A DNA stretch of 62,979 nt, the filler included, from Reclinomonas americana ATCC 50394 (Eukaryota): the NCBI GenBank assembly GCA_048213135.1. It is 5 parts of 3 records of this genome, joined end to end, with 100 filler letters (N's around TTAATTAATTAA, not from the genome) between each part and the next. Parts side by side here need not be neighbours in the genome. Positions count along the whole stretch, not along the records: positions 60,781 to 62,979 come from PS015058.1; 4 more parts are not named here. One strand, 5' to 3'. Below the pieces are notes generated by a model that worked only from the letters and a program-made list of their open reading frames with translations, did not search any database and was not told the origin of the DNA. Below are positions 60,781 to 62,979 of this stretch, piece by piece; positions within the stretch are counted from its first letter, which is position 1; each line of letters begins with the position of its first letter. A program made the translations under genes and the position numbers.

Positions 60781-62979
60781 GGCACGTGTCAGTGCAACGC
60801 CAACTACTACGGCGCGTCATGCAATGTGAACTGTGTGGCAGCCACCACTTGTTCAGGCAACGGCACATGCAAGAGCGACGGTACATGCCAGTGCAACGCC
60901 AACTACTACGGTGCATCGTGCAATGTGAATTGTGTGGCAGCCACCACTTGTTCAGGCCGCGGCACATGCAAGAGTGACGGCACGTGTCAGTGCACAGGAG
61001 ACTACACCAACGCCAGCTGCAACTGCAGTCCGTCTGTGACATGCTCCGGGAAGGGCACATGCAGGACCGACGGTACTTGCCAGTGCACGGGCGATTACAC
61101 TAATGCCAGCTGCAACTGCAGTCCTTCTGTAAAATGCTCTGGCAATGGCACATGCAAGAGTGACGGCACATGTCAGTGCAACGCCAACTACTACGGTGCA
61201 TCGTGCAATGTGAACTGTGTGGCAGCCACTACGTGTTCGGGCCACGGCACGTGCAGGAGCGACGGCACATGCCAGTGTGCAAGTAACTGGAGTGGTGAGT
61301 ATGCAGAACGAGCTCCATTTTTAGCGCATATTGCTCACGTGAAATACGTACAGGTACCTCATGTTCGACTTGCGTTCTAGCAGCGGCGGTTCCTCGCATT
61401 GGGAACGGCCTCTGGTATTCGATTGCATCCAGCAGTGATGGCATCAAACTGGTGGCTGCAGCTGACGGCTACCAGCTCTACACCTCCAGTGACTCCGGTG
61501 CGACGTGGATTGCGCGTGAAACGAACCGGCCTTGGTATTCGGTTGCATCCAGCAGTGATGGTAGCAGATTGGTGGCTGCAGTCAACGGTGGTCAGCTTTA
61601 CACCTCCAGTGACTCTGGTGCTACGTGGACTGCGCGTGAATCGAATCGCAACTGGGTATCGGTGGCATCAAGCAGCGACGGAAGCAGATTGGTGGCTGCA
61701 GTCCAGAATAGTCGGCTGTACACCTCCAGTGACTCCGGTGTTACGTGGATTGCGCGTGAATCGATTCGCGATTGGACATCGGTGGCATCCAGCAGCGACG
61801 GTAGCAGATTGGTGGCTGCATACTACGGTGGGGGTCTGTATACCTCCAGTGACTCTGGTTTTACGTGGATTGCGCGTCAGTCGAGTGGCGATTGGTTTTC
61901 GGTTGCATCCAGCAGTGACGGTAGCAGATTGGTGGCTGCCGTCCTTGGTGGTCTGCTTTACACCTCCAGCGACTCAGGTGTGACGTGGATTGCGCGTGAA
62001 TCGTATCGCGACTGGGCATCGGTTGCATCCAGCAGCGATGGCAGCAGATTGGTGGCTGCGGAACACGGTGGTCGTTTGTACGTCTCCAGGGACTCCGGCG
62101 TTACTTGGACGCCTCGTGAGTCGAACCGCGATTGGAGATCTGTTGCATCAAACAGTGATGGCACCCAACTGGTGGCCGGTGTTTATGGTGGTCAGATTTA
62201 CACACTGACTGTTCTGTGCGATGTGAACTGCGTGGCAGCCACTACTTGCTCAGGCAACGGCACATGCAAGAGCGACGGAACTTGCCAGTGCAACGCCAAC
62301 TATTATGGCACATGGTGCAATGTGAACTGTGTAGCAGCCACAACTTGCTCAGGCAATGGCACATGCAAGAGTGACGGTACATGCCAGTGCAACGCCAACT
62401 ACTACGGTGCATCGTGCAATGTGAACTGTGTGGCAGCCAGTACTTGTTCAGGCCGCGGCACATGCAAGAGCGATGGTACTTGTCAGTGCAACGCCAACTA
62501 CTACGGCGCGTCGTGTAATGTGAACTGTGTGGCAGCCACTTCGTGTTCAGGCCATGGCACATGCAAGAGTGACGGTACATGCCAGTGCAACGCCAACTAC
62601 TACGGTGCATCGTGCAATGTGAACTGCGTGGCAGCCACTACTTGTTCAGGCCACGGCACATGCAAGAGCGACGGTACATGTCAGTGCACAGGCGACTACA
62701 CCAATGCCAGCTGCAACTGCAGTCCGTCTGTGACGTGCTCCGAGAAGGGCGTATGCAAGAGTGATGGTACTTGTCAGTGCACAGGAGACTACACCAATGC
62801 CAGCTGCAACTGCAGTCCGTCTGTGACATGCTCTGGCAATGGCACATGCAGGAGCGACGGGACATGTCAGTGCAATGCCAACTACTACGGCCCATCGTGC
62901 AATGTGAACTGTGTGGCAGCCACTACGTGTTCAGGCAACGGCACATGCAAGAGTGATGGTACGTGTCTGTGCACGGGCG
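60781..62979 (+). CDS. extracellular protein with tenascin-type EGF repeats flanking a 7-repeat Asp-box/BNR beta-propeller; partial at both ends
   Basis: CSGNGTCKSDGTCQCNANYYGASC repeats; a phase-1 intron at 61296-61380; then seven 120-bp repeats WxSVASSSDGSRLVAA...LYTSSDSGxTW (~61411-62210); then more EGF repeats. The frame is open to the window end. Confidence 0.9.

Noticed and set aside
61411-62210. Regular 120-bp repeats as a CRISPR-like array
   Set aside because: They translate as 40-aa Asp-box repeats with no unique spacers, and the context is eukaryotic.

Overview
Intron-rich, microsatellite-rich eukaryotic (probably protist) draft sequence. It is not one locus: four artificial N-TTAATTAATTAA-N linkers join five scaffolds (about 1-10580, 10681-25868, 25969-38566, 38667-60680, 60781-end), and there are many internal N gaps. 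Manual splice reconstruction gives BCP1/BCCIP, a nucleotide-diphospho-sugar transferase, a CH-like-domain protein, an LCM-type SAM methyltransferase, a ferric reductase, an MFS transporter and an EGF/Asp-box surface protein. Highlights: (1) two different immune-type receptors carry the same HEPN-like RNase domain (Rx4H motif). One is a cytosolic Ubl-HEPN-NACHT-pentapeptide-WD40 NLR. The other is a signal peptide-WD40-stalk-TM-coiled coil-HEPN membrane receptor lying directly upstream of an intact TKL kinase, an Ire1/RNase L-like combination. (2) A duplicated gene is built from 4-5 tandem copies of an unrecognised ~190-aa HH...CxxC domain. (3) An atypical GTTGCG 5' splice site recurs in many unrelated genes. 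All domain calls are by-eye motif recognition; no searches were run.
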